Origin: Geosiphon pyriformis uo1
Taxonomy: Eukaryota > Fungi > Glomeromycota
Direction: 5' to 3'
Assembly (NCBI GenBank): GCA_016748015.1
Contig: JAAOMT010000112.1
Location: forward strand, 1,561 to 65,560
DNA length: 64,000 bases
This document shows, in pieces, positions 26,293 through 37,621 of the stretch (the stretch's first letter is position 1; every line of letters begins with the position of its first letter). Position numbers and translations under genes: made by a program. Below the pieces are notes generated by a model. That model was not told the origin of the DNA. It ran no database searches and saw nothing but the letters and a program-made list of their open reading frames with translations.

Positions 26293-27419
26293 TGAAAAAG
26301 ATGCACAGCAGAAATCAAACCAGCATTGTCAATTTTGGCCAAAAAACCCATAACCATGATTAAAAGATTGTTCAAAGTTTTTTCTATTTTAGAGACAACT
26401 GAAAAATCAAAAACTGCCACTTCTACAATAGTCTTATTACTAGTGACCACATCTGAACTCTTACTTATCACTATATCTGCTCCTTGATTTTGTGATAAAA
26501 GGATTACCAATGGCTAATATCCAGAACTAGGCTGGAAAACCATTGGCCTAGGTGAGTCCAATCTCTTAACCAACTTGTCAACACATTCCACAAGGCTAAC
26601 AAATTATGCTCAAAAGTGGCAAACTTATTATTTAATTCTACAGACACCATCAGGGTAGATTTTATCTCTGAAGAGGAACTAAAAGCAGTTGTGTTATTGT
26701 ATACATGAAGAGAAGGGAATGAAAACCCACCAACAATGTTGGCCCATAAAACACCATTAAAAGACATGGGACAGAAGATTGGAGCAAAGCATTTAGCATA
26801 AATGGAAACCAGTTTGCTTTTATTATCATCCAACAATATCCTACAAGTTGTACCACTAGGAGAAACATTCTCATCCACAGAACAACTTAGAGATGTATGA
26901 CCTAAATTCCTACACTTAACACACTTAGCAGAACTTAGATAAAATCAATGCAGATTAGCACCTTTTAAGACAGGTGTAGTTTCCATAATAGCATCAATTG
27001 AAGCAGCAGAGTCAAAACAAACAACAACACACTTGGCCTAAGCATATATAACAGGGTGTTGATTAATAACACATGTTTTTCCACTCACAGAGCCAATAAA
27101 GTCTCAGATATCATGAGCATTGGTACCCACCAGCAGTGTATAAAGCAAAGCCCTATGCTGATCTCTTGCATCTCATGATTCTTTGTCTGCATTAGTCTTG
27201 GCCACTTTCACAGCATCTTTCCCAATTAAGATAAACCATTTAGCTGTGACCAAATCAGCCTGATCTGATTGGGCAAATTCAACCACAGTCTTCTGTCATA
27301 GTCTTACCAATTGCATCTTGATTAACACAACAGAACTAAATTCAGAAAGTGCAGTTCACACAGCCTTAGCTGAAGTTCCAACCAGAATTTTTTTTACCAC
27401 CACAGTCCAATCTGAATGA
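26289..27419 (-). pseudogene. LINE D ORF1, 3' part
   Basis: SDWTVVVKKI..., GKDAVKVA, ALLYTLLVGT, KTCVIN, CVKCRNLGHTSLSC. Confidence 0.8.
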
Positions 27420-28289
27420 TGTTATAGGTAACTAGTCTGGTGTTGAATTAAATAACAAACCCATAACTTGGTGCTCAAATCTAGTTGCAGTTGATAGTAA
27501 TCTGAAGATTTGTGTCTGAAAGGTTTGTATCTGAAGGGTTTAGTTGAGTTCTTTGTATAATGAACAGAGATTCAATGGTAATAGTTTTATCCATAGCTTC
27601 CTGAAACCGCAGTTTCATTAATTTCTTTTTCAGCTTGATGGCCAGTATTCCTCCTGGTAAGCTATCTTCAATCAAGTGTTCTACCCTTATTTCTGGGTCT
27701 TTTACCAGTCACATTTATCTTAACATCAGTACCCCATGCGTTAATCCTCAATAGAGTTAGTAAACAACAATAAAATCAAAGCAAAAAATAAAGAAAAGAA
27801 AAGAAAATAAAGAAAGAAAAGAAATAAGCCAAGGCAATTTGCAAGTTAGTATTCCGTCAATAGCCATGATCAAGAGCTATTGTTTCAGTGTGGTTAAGTA
27901 TCGATTACTATCAACATGAAGTGTTGATAGTGGCAGCAGGTTTGAGATAACAAACAGTTATTTATTTGTGGTTTGGAAAGTTGTCCAGATGAAATCTAAA
28001 CTGAGAGGTTTGTCTTTTTAGTTTTTAATCTTACTGCTATATATACATAATTGAGATTTCTCAATTCCTCAATTCTTTACAACAGGAATCCTGGGATTCC
28101 TGGAATCCTGCAATTCTTTTGAAAGGAATCCTGGAATTCTGGAATCCTGCAATTTCTTATAAGAATCCTGTAATTCCTAGAATCCTGCAATTCCTGAGAG
28201 GAATCCTGGAATTCCACATTTTACTATATCTACTTCTAATTGGTTAATAACTATGCTAATATATATTCCCTATATTTCTATGAGTAATA
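27420..28289 (-). repeat. 3' LTR (870 bp)
   Basis: Direct repeat of 36782-37621; about 30 bp longer in the internal repeat block at ~28083-28215. Confidence 0.95.
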
Positions 28290-28292
28290 TTA

Positions 28293-28304
28293 TTCCCTCT
28301 TTTT
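28293..28304 (-). other. Polypurine tract (AAAAAGAGGGAA)
   Basis: Lies 3 nt upstream of the 3' LTR on the minus strand; a similar tract AAAAAGGGGAA lies at ~28339-28349. Confidence 0.8.
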
Positions 28305-28962
28305 AATATTGAGCTCTGTTGAAATCTAACTCTGTTAATTCCCCTTTTTGAAGTATTTCCTGAATTTTATTTTCGAGAATTACTTGTGTTATTTGAGTCT
28401 GTAATTCTTTAAATTGAGCATTGGTGATCTTTCCTAATTGATTACTGGTAACCATATCCATTGTTTTGTTGAGTAAGATTTCTGGTCAATTTTGAAATGC
28501 TGTGTGTATTTGGTACATGACTCGGGCCTGTGTAGATAAGTTGTTCTTTCCCAAAAAATGTTCTAATTGTTGTAGTATTCTTGTGTTGAATAATCGCTTT
28601 GTTTTATCCATATATAGATTCTGGATATTCAAGTATTGTTCCAAGTAAAAATAACAATAGTTTCTTGGAAATTGTTGTATCCACCAATTCCAAGTTTCTT
28701 TAGTCAACTCTTGGTATAGTGATTTTTTTGTCGACTCTTTAATTGCTAATTTTACTTTTTTAATGATTTTGTCAACAGTATTTTCTGTTTTCTTCTGTGT
28801 TTTATGTGGTGATGTTTTTTTAGTGTCTTGATATTGGATGATTTGTTAATTAATTGTAATTTCCATCTCTTGGTGTTGAATCAATTGAAAGAGTTGTTGT
28901 GCTAGTAAGTAAATGTTGTCTGTAATTTCCATTTTTCTGATATTTCTTGTCACATCTATCAT
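28303..28962 (-). pseudogene. Gypsy ORF3, unknown ~219-aa protein in the env position
   Basis: ATG 28962 to TAA 28303 in one frame, with only two internal stops (TAA, TGA), each one C>T from CAA/CGA; includes track ORF 28486-28707. Confidence 0.75.
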
Positions 28963-28985
28963 GTCTTTATATATTCTTTGATAGA

Positions 28986-30368
28986 TTAATTTAATGTGTT
29001 GTTGTCAATGATAATGATTGGTTCCAGATCTCATGGAATTTTCTCTGGTTGGACTAGTATCTTCTGTACTCCTAATTGTGGAATATTACTGGTGGATAGT
29101 GGTGTGATGTTGTGATATGATTTCAGTCAATCTCCATGTGCTGCTTTGGTTAAGATTTTGTTATCCAGTCTTAATTTGTAAGCTCCATTCCTTAGAATTT
29201 CTTCTATGTGAAATGGTCCATCCTATTTGGGATCAAATTTTCCACTCCATTGTTTTTCCGCTTTAGTACAATGTAAGAGTACTTTGTCTCCAATCTTGAA
29301 TTTAACTGGTTTGTCTGGTAGTTGATTATTATGTCTTTCTTTTTGTTTTTCTTGTGACTTTTGTATATTATCAACTGCTTTTTTTCGTTTGTTTTCCAAT
29401 GTTTCTATTAAGTCATATGTTCTTCTTAACAATGTTTCTTGGAAATTCTCTTCTGTTATTGGTTCAGTTAGATATGTATTAACCTTTATCTCAACTGGTA
29501 ATGTTGCTGTTCTACCATATATCAATTCAAATGGTGTTGCTTGTGTGGTGTTTTGTTTCATTGTCCGATAAGCAAATAATACTGATAGTATGAACAAATT
29601 CTATTCATTTTGGTTTTCTTGGCTGAGTTTTGCTATTGCTTCACACAATGTTCTATTAAATCTTTCAACTAATCCATTGGTATGTGGATAGTATAGTGAT
29701 AATAGTGGTCTCTTAATTCTGAATCTTTGGCTTAGTTCTGCTAATGTTTTATTCACAAAATGGGTTCTTTGGTCTGATAATAGTTCTTTTGGACATCCAT
29801 GTTGACAAATCAGATCTTGATAGATGAATTTGGCAATAGATTCTGCATCCACTTTTTGAATTGCTTTGGCTTTTGGCCATTTAGTAAGATAGTCCATGAC
29901 TATTGCAATATATCTGTTGCCTCTGTTGGTAATTGTCAATGGTCCAACTAAATTAATTCCAATACAGTCAAATGGTTGTCCCACTTTGATTGGTCTCAAT
30001 GGTTTGCTGGGTCTTGTTCCTCCTTTTCTTTGACAAGCATCACAATTTTGCATATATTGAATGATGTCTGGATATATTGATGGCCAATAGTATCTCTTTC
30101 TGGTTCTTTCCATAGTTGCTTCTTTATGAAAATGTTCTGTAGTTGGATCTGAGTGCATATTGAACAGTATTGTCTCCTTTTCTGGTTCTGTAATTACTCT
30201 GGTTGGTTGATCTGAATCTTTTCTATTTTTTTGATAAAGTATATTTTGGTGAGTGATAAAATATTTAGATTGTTGTTTGATCCTCTTTTGTTCTAGTTGA
30301 GATAATTTCTCCTTGAATTGTTGAGTATTTATATAATGTTGAAGTTGTTGATATTTTTATGTGTTCAT
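28986..30368 (-). pseudogene. Integrase (HHCC-DDE-GPF), apparently a stand-alone ORF of ~460 codons
   Basis: MNT*KYQQLQHYI.. is in frame with 29601-30158 and 29223-29597; HSDPTTEH..CDAC, LLSDQ, NGLVERFN, DGPFHI; no chromodomain seen. Confidence 0.85.
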
Positions 30369-30429
30369 TTTTTGTTATATTTTCATGAGTATTGTTTTGG
30401 CTTTGTTATATTTTTGGATTGAAATGTTC

Positions 30430-33400
30430 TTAGATTTGTCTTATTTGCAATAAACCATCAGCATTTCCGTTGTTTTTTCCCTTTTTATAATGTATAGTAT
30501 AAGTATATGTCAAAAGAGCCATTTTTTATTTTAACTGTCTTCTGTCTTCAAATTCTTGTTTTTGGAGTGATGTCAATCTTTTGTGATCTGTGTACACCTC
30601 AAACTTTTGGCTCAAGTATTCTTTCCATTTCATAACTGCCCAATAGATTGCTAGATGTTCTAATTCTGGTGTTTCATAGTTCTTTTCAGCTGGAGTCAAA
30701 TCTCAGCTGGCATATGTGACTGAATGTTCTCTTCTATCCAATCCTCTCTGAGATAGTACTGCTTCCAATGCTTGACCTGATGCATCAGTAGTGATAATGA
30801 ATGGTTTACTATAATCTGGATAGATCAATACTAGAGCTTAAATAAGCTTTCTTCTTAAGATGTCAAATGCTTCTTACTGGGTTTCAGTCCATTCATACTT
30901 TGCATTTTTGGTTTGAAAATTATTAAGTGGTTGTGCTATCTTTGAAAAGTTTTTTATGAAGCGTCTATAATAGCTTGTGAATCCCAAGAATGATTTCAGC
31001 TTGGTTACATTGATTGATATTGAAAAGTTCTTTACTATTTCTATTTTCTCTGGATCTGTTTTTATGCCATCTTTGCTAACTATGTGTCCCAAGAATTTTA
31101 GTTCTGTTTTGCCAAAAAAACACTTTGTTGTATTTAATTTTAATTCTGTTCGTCATAGTCTTTCAAACACTTGTTGGAAATGACATAGATGATCATTGAA
31201 TGTTTTTGAGAACACATTGGTGTCATCCAAGTATACAACTACTAATTTCCACAATAAGCCAATATACACAATTTTCATTAGCCGTTGAAATGTAGCTGAA
31301 GCATTGGTTAAGCCGAATAGCATAACTTCAAACTCAAAGTTTCCCTCTCTTGTAGTGAATGCCATTTTTTCTTTGTCGGCTGGATCCATGGCTACTTGTC
31401 AGTACCCACTATCCAAGTCTAACATTAAGAACCATTTGTTTTCATCAAAAGTGTCAAATAGTTCTTGTATCTATGGAGTTGGATAGCTGTCTTTATGAGT
31501 TACACCATTGAGTTTTCTGTAGTCTACACAAAATCAGATTTTTCTATTCTTCTTATGGATGAGTACTACTGGTAACAACCATGGGCTTATTGATGGCTGA
31601 ATTAACTCGTTGTCAAGCATTCAGTTGATTTCTTGACAGATGATTTTATGGCTGGCTAGTGGTACCCTATATGCTTGCTGTTTGATTGGCATTGTATCTC
31701 CAGTCTTGATCTGATGCTGAATAATATCAGTTCTGCCAAATTCATTTTCACTGGCAAAGATGTTATTGAAATTATTGAGTATCATTTTTAGTCACATTTG
31801 TTGAAGTGGGTCTAGATTTTCCATGTTTATCTGTTTCAATTGTTCTGGCTGTAACAGATAATATTTGTTTTGTCCATAGATGGTTTGTGATGTAATGTCC
31901 ACATATCTACAAAGCTGTGGAAAATCTGGAATACTGCTTGGTGCTTGATCTTTAATTTCTGTGGTTAAATATCTGAGAGTGGTTCTTTCTGGTATCTCTA
32001 CAACATTTCCAGTGTTGTTGTAGATGGGAATTTTGATATGGTTATGGCTCTTGGCTGGTATGTGTAGATTGATAAGTCCAATTTCTCCTGATTCACAAAG
32101 AGTTGCTTCTGCTTCAAAAATTTGTTCTTGCTCCTTCTTTCTCCTTTCTATTGCTAACATGTATTGGCTATATGGTAGAATGGAAATTGTTTGACTGGTT
32201 GAGATAATTTCTCTTTGGCCAATAATTTTTTCCTCTACCATATTGACTGGTACATCTATTCTACCCATTGATCCAAATCTTTGTATCCCTCTTGCTGTTA
32301 TCCCTAATTCTTTCCTATTTCCCACTAAAACTAACTGAGCTATTTTTACCAGAGACAGGAATATTGCCTGTGCTATTCTTTCATTTGGCTCTATAACATA
32401 GGCCTTTTCTGAGTCATTTTGTAGCATAGCAATTATATTTTCTACATATCTTGCATTAATTATTCCTCCTCTGATGTTTATTCTCTTTTTCACTAAACTA
32501 CTTCTAGATGCTAATTGAATTATTGTTGTTGCTGAAATTTCCAGTGTTATTTTCAGATCGATGCAAGTATGCGAATTGGGTTTCAATTTGATGGCATTTT
32601 TTCTTGGATATCTTAGATCAAATCCTGCATCAGTATCATGCACATGTTCTGGCATGATATCTTCATTATTATCACTGAACCATTTCAGTTCTTGCTCCTT
32701 GGTGAGATTAGGGAGTGTGATATATTGTTTGTAGTTTAAATCAGAGTTTAAATCTGAGTTGGAATTATTGTCATTATTATAGCCATTTTGAATGGAGCTG
32801 GAATTGTTATTTTTGTTATCATTATTGTCAGAGTTTAAATCGGGATTGGAACTCGATTCCAATTCTGATGTGTAGCTGTTGATTGGTTCTTCTTCAGGGA
32901 TCGTGTAGATCATGCGTGGTAGTGGATTGTAGATAAGATCACAATCATCACAGAATTAAAAGTTACATGGAATCAAACAGTGGTCACATAATTGGGTGTT
33001 GATTTTTTTTAAGCATTGCTCTTGCTCTTCTCTCATGGGTGCTAGATTCTGATAGTGTTCATGAAATTCTTCTAGGCTGTTTTCTAAGTCAATAAAGATG
33101 TTTGGGTTAAGAACCAAAACAATGTCTGTTGGTTCTAAAGGGTTATTCTTGATCTTCAGAATTTTATTGGACAAAGTGCCTTTTACTTTAACATTGGCCA
33201 TTCACCAGATCTTATCCTCGTCGTGTGGATAGCTGTCTAGGCGGAATATAGCTTGGTGCCATGCTGCTATAATGGACATATCACAACTTACCCAGTTGCT
33301 AATGAGGATTGTGTATTGGCACAAAGTGTCACACGTTCCTCCTCAACCAGGAATGTTGTTCCACATTTCTTCATCGAGTAATTGTTTGCCACAAACAAAA

Positions 33401-36400
33401 CATGGTTTGTTGTCCCACTTGCTTTGTTTTTTTGGGTAGCCATATTGTTCCCTATGGCAGAGTTTGCAATAGTAATGGGTTTGTGTCCAGTAGTCTTTGT
33501 TTAGTACTACCTAAGCTTCCATTGAGGACAGTTTCTTTCCACAGTTCTTGCATTTGAGAGGTATATATGGCAGCTCTTTTATTGGTTCATGTGAGTATTC
33601 CCTTTTCCAGTCACTAGTTATTTCTTCTGCAGTGGTGGTTTCTTTAGGTATGTTTTCTTCCCTTCCTTTTCCTTTTTCCTTGCTCTTTTCTTCCCAATCT
33701 AGAATTGGTAGCATCTCGCTTTAGTTGTTGTTGGTCCAAGCATTAATGGTGGCTTCTCAGGTAGATTCTTCTCTTTGTTTCTTCTTTCTATTGTTATTGT
33801 TGTCCCAGGTGAGTATTGGTGGCAGTTTGTTGTGGTTGATGTCGGCCCACAAGACTTGGTATGCTTCCCAGATGGGTTTCACTTTTTCTTCCTCGAATTC
33901 GATAAGTGGTGTTGATGGCATAGCAATGGGCTTGAAATGGCCACACATGGTAGGTACTCATGTGTGTTGACCATTCTGGCTAAGCTGGAGCTCTTGGGTG
34001 TTCCAATCTAAGGTTGTGTTGATTTTGAACAGCCAGTTGTTCCCAACAAGTGCTTGGTATTGAGTGGCTTCCATGATGAGTACTTTGATTGGTACTATGA
34101 GGCTGTTGACTTCTATGGGAAAATCATCAATTTCTCCAATAGGTGTTTTGGTCACTCCATCAGCTGTAATAATCCTGGCACTGGCAGCATGATCAACTCG
34201 GCAACCTAATTGATCTATAAGTTGTCTTGTGATGATGCTGCCAGCTGATCCACTATCTAGGATCAGTTTGATGAAGTGACCATTAACTTTCACATTAGTG
34301 TACATCATGGTGATGGGTTTTTTCTCAAGTGCTACTTCATTGAACAAAGATGGGTTGATGGTTTCTTCCAATTCAAAAGGAAAGATGGCTGCGAGAGATT
34401 TGTTTTTAGTAATCATTGCTGGTGGAATATTGTTGATAAGTGTTGTTTGGGGTGGGTTGAATTCCAAGTTGTTGATAGTGGCATCTTCTGGAATAACCAG
34501 GAGACTTAAATAGTTCTGGGAATTCAGATTTTGGGTGGAACCAGTACCCGAATTCTGCTATCAAAAGCCTGATGATTGGTAAGAAGAGCTGAAGATTGGT
34601 TGATAAACAACCATCGCTGATCTCCAGTTTTGAGTGATTCTAGGTCTTAAGTTTCCTGATGTTATTTGAGTGGAGTTTTGGAGTGGTGTTTGAATTGGTT
34701 GTTGGGGCTGATAAATTATTTGGGGCTGTGGCTGATAAATTACTGGTGGTTGCAGTTGATAAATTGGAGGTTAATATACTGGCGGTTGATAGATTGGTTG
34801 CTGCGTCATTGGCAAGTAAATGGTTTGATATTGGTTTTGATTTGGGTAGTAATTTTGAGTCTGAAATCTGCAATTGGGGTTTCAATATTGATTTCCCAAT
34901 CATGAATTGTTGCTATAAAATCAACAGTCAGCTCTAATGTGACCTTGTTTACTACAGTTGTGGCAAACATGCATTTTTGGCTGCCATGGCTAATTGGATA
35001 ACAATGATGACAATGATGTTGATGGACATGGCTGATTTTGGAAACAATTTGTGTTTTCTGAATTATTGCATTGTTGTGGTGGTTGATAGATTGCACAATT
35101 GTTAGCTAAGTATCCCTCTAGTTTCTAATTGATTGTATTACTGAATTGTTTTAGTTTGAAATCCAAGTCAGATGATTCGTTCATCACTAAATTTACAGCT
35201 TGGGCATGTTGGCTTTTAGCTCAGCTGCTTCAAAATCTCTGGCATGGGTAACTGCAGTGGGAAGGTCAACTAGATGCATTGGGTGTACTCGTTGGAGGAT
35301 GCTGCTGCATAGCCCTCTGATGAACTGGTTCAAGATCTGTGGTGCCATAAAATAATTAGCTTGGATTGCCTAAATTTGGTGCAGATTTCTATGGAAGTGT
35401 CTCAAGTAAGTGGTAACTGCTTCTGTGTTCCCTTGTTTGATAGTAGTGAAGGTATTAGTCAAGCAATTGATACTGTTATTATTACTAAAATATCTCACAA
35501 ACTCTGTCTTAAAATCATTGAAGATTTGGGGTTTGGTGACTAGACTCTGATACCATGAGTTGGCAGTATCCTTGAGAAAGTATGGAATGGCTTGCATTGT
35601 CCTGGCATTATTCTATCTATTGGCTGCAATGGCTTTTTCGATGTTGTTAAGCCAGACTTGGGTGTTGTCTTCTTCATTGGTAAAATTGTCGATTTTGGCA
35701 ATTGGAGTGTAGGCCATTGGATCTAAATTTAGTTGCTGTTGTTGGATGGGTGGCTGAAGTGGTTGTTGTGGCTGGTGAATCAGCTGCTGGGGTGGTTGTA
35801 AATTTTGCTAATTTGGCAGCTGAATTGGTTAGAGCAGTTGTTATAGTGACAGTTCAATGAGTTCAATTGGTGGGTGATTGATGACGATATTCAGAGATAA
35901 GTTTAGATTAATTACTCCGGGATTTTTATTGTCTTGATTTAGTGGTGTTCTAATATTCGGAGTTTTGATTTCAGAGTTTTCTTGATTTGGATTTCTCGGA
36001 GTTTGATCATTCAGAGTTTTGAATTCTGGGTTTTTAGGAATCAGGTTTTCCTCTTTTTCTTGTTCTTCTTCTTTAGACAATTCCCACAGAGTAGCAGTGC
36101 TGAAATCTGGTGGCAATGGTGGTGATCAAAGTCCTGATGGTGTTGGCAATCACGAGTTAAATCCTTCAAAATATGCGCCATATGGTCCTAATAACTCTGC
36201 TTTCCTTTGTTTACTTTGGAATAAGAATCATCCAAATGCTGATGTCGTGTTTGATGTGGCTGCGCCAGTAGATGTAATATTAATGGTGCTTTCGGGTATA
36301 TAGTGGTATAATGGATTAGTTGGGGACTCAATTCTTGTTTTCTTTCAAGTAGGTGGTTGTATTTTTTTGGGTGTTACTGCTGATGTTTGCAGTTTTTCTT

Positions 36401-36722
36401 TGCCTTTGCTTGCGTAAGTAATGGGGTATCTTTGCTGTGTGTGATGTTCAATTTCTTTGTTGATTTCTATGATGATGGAGGCGAAATTGTGATTTGTTGG
36501 CAGGTTGGTATTTTAAATTAATTCACTGTAAAAGGCTTCTCTTGCTGATTCAATATTTACTGGTGTTCTTAACAGATGGGCAATTCTTTCATTGATGTAG
36601 AAATTAAAAGCTGATTCTGCTGATATGTGGTTGTGATTTAATCCCAAATATTAACAGTAGTGTTGAAATAAGGATTTCATGAATCCTAGATGGTTTGCTC
36701 CTATGTTTTCTGATTCTGCCAC
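30430..36722 (-). pseudogene. gag-pol polyprotein without integrase (capsid, CCHC, protease, Cys-rich insert, dUTPase, RT, RNase H)
   Basis: MAYTPIAK..AIPYFLKDTANSWY capsid; CHNCSKQGHIRADC; LILDSGSAGS; DYRKLN, YLDD; TDAS, YTDH, NADGL. One frame from 34980 to 30430. Confidence 0.92.
32260..32690 (-). pseudogene. dut: Trimeric-type dUTPase domain within pol
   Basis: All five motifs, partly mutated: DAGFDL, ASRSS, GGII(N)A(R)Y, ERIAQ, RGIQ(R)FGS(M)G. Confidence 0.9.
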
Positions 36723-36762
36723 TTTTAGATTTGTGTTGGTGCTGGTTCTCTGTAAGATTATA

Positions 36763-36779
36763 CCTCACAGAAAGCACCA
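36763..36779 (-). other. Primer-binding site TGGTGCTTTCTGTGAGG
   Basis: 2 nt inside the 5' LTR end; complementary to a tRNA 3' end ..CCUCACAGAAAGCACCA. This resembles elongator tRNA-Met ends, but the identity is inferred. Confidence 0.8.
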
Positions 36780-36781
36780 AA

Positions 36782-37621
36782 TGTTACAGGTGACTAGTCT
36801 GGTGTTGGATTAAATAACAAACCCATAACTTAGTGCTCAAATCTAGTTGCAGTTAATAGTGATCTGAAGGTTTGTGTCTGAAAAATTTGTATCCAAAGGG
36901 TTTGGTTAAGTTCTTTGTATAATGAACAAAGATTCAATGGTAATAGTTTTATCCATAACTTCCCAAAACCACAGTTTTGTCAATTTCTTTCTCAGCTTGA
37001 TAGCTGGTATTCCTCCTGGTAAGCTATCCTCAATCAAGTGTTTTACTCTTATTTCTGGGTCTTTTACCAATCATGTTTATCTTAATGTCAGTATCCCATG
37101 TGTTAATTCTCAATAGAGTTAGTAAACAACAATAAAATCAAAGCAAGAAATAAAAAAAAAATAAAAAATAAAGAAAGAAAAGAAATAAGCCAAGGTGATT
37201 TGCAAGTTAGTATTCTGTCAATAGCCATGATTAAAAGCTATTATTCTAGTATGGTTAAGTATCGATTACTATCAACATGAAGTGTTGATAGTGGCAGCAG
37301 GTTTGAAATAACAAACAGTTATTTATTTGTGGTTTGGAAAGTTGTCCAGATGAAATCTAAACTGAGAGGTCTGTTTTTTTAGCTTCTAATCCTACTGCTA
37401 TATATATATAATTGAAATTCCTTAATTTCTCAATTCTTCACAACAGGAATCCTAGAATTCTTGGAATCCTGCAATTTCTTTGAGAGGAATCCTGCAATTC
37501 TGGAATCCTGCAATTCTTTATAAGAATCCTGTAATTCCTGGAATTCCACATTTTACTATGTCTACTTCTGATTGGTTAATAACTATGCTAATATATATTC
37601 CCTATATTTCTATAAGTAACA
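36782..37621 (-). repeat. 5' LTR (840 bp)
   Basis: TGTTAC..GTAACA termini; TATATATATAGCAG TATA-like box at ~37395-37410 on the minus strand, downstream of the U3 repeats. Confidence 0.95.

Larger units (their letters stand above)
27420..37621 (-). mobile_element. Complete (decayed) Ty3/Gypsy-type LTR retrotransposon with dUTPase, separate integrase ORF and ORF3
   Basis: Paired LTRs, PBS, PPT, 4-bp TSD (ATGA 27416-27419 / ACAA 37622-37625, both derivable from ACGA); domain order PR-RT-RH-IN. Confidence 0.95.

Noticed and set aside
28303-28962. env gene
   Set aside because: No signal peptide, transmembrane segment or furin-type site seen; kept as unknown ORF3.
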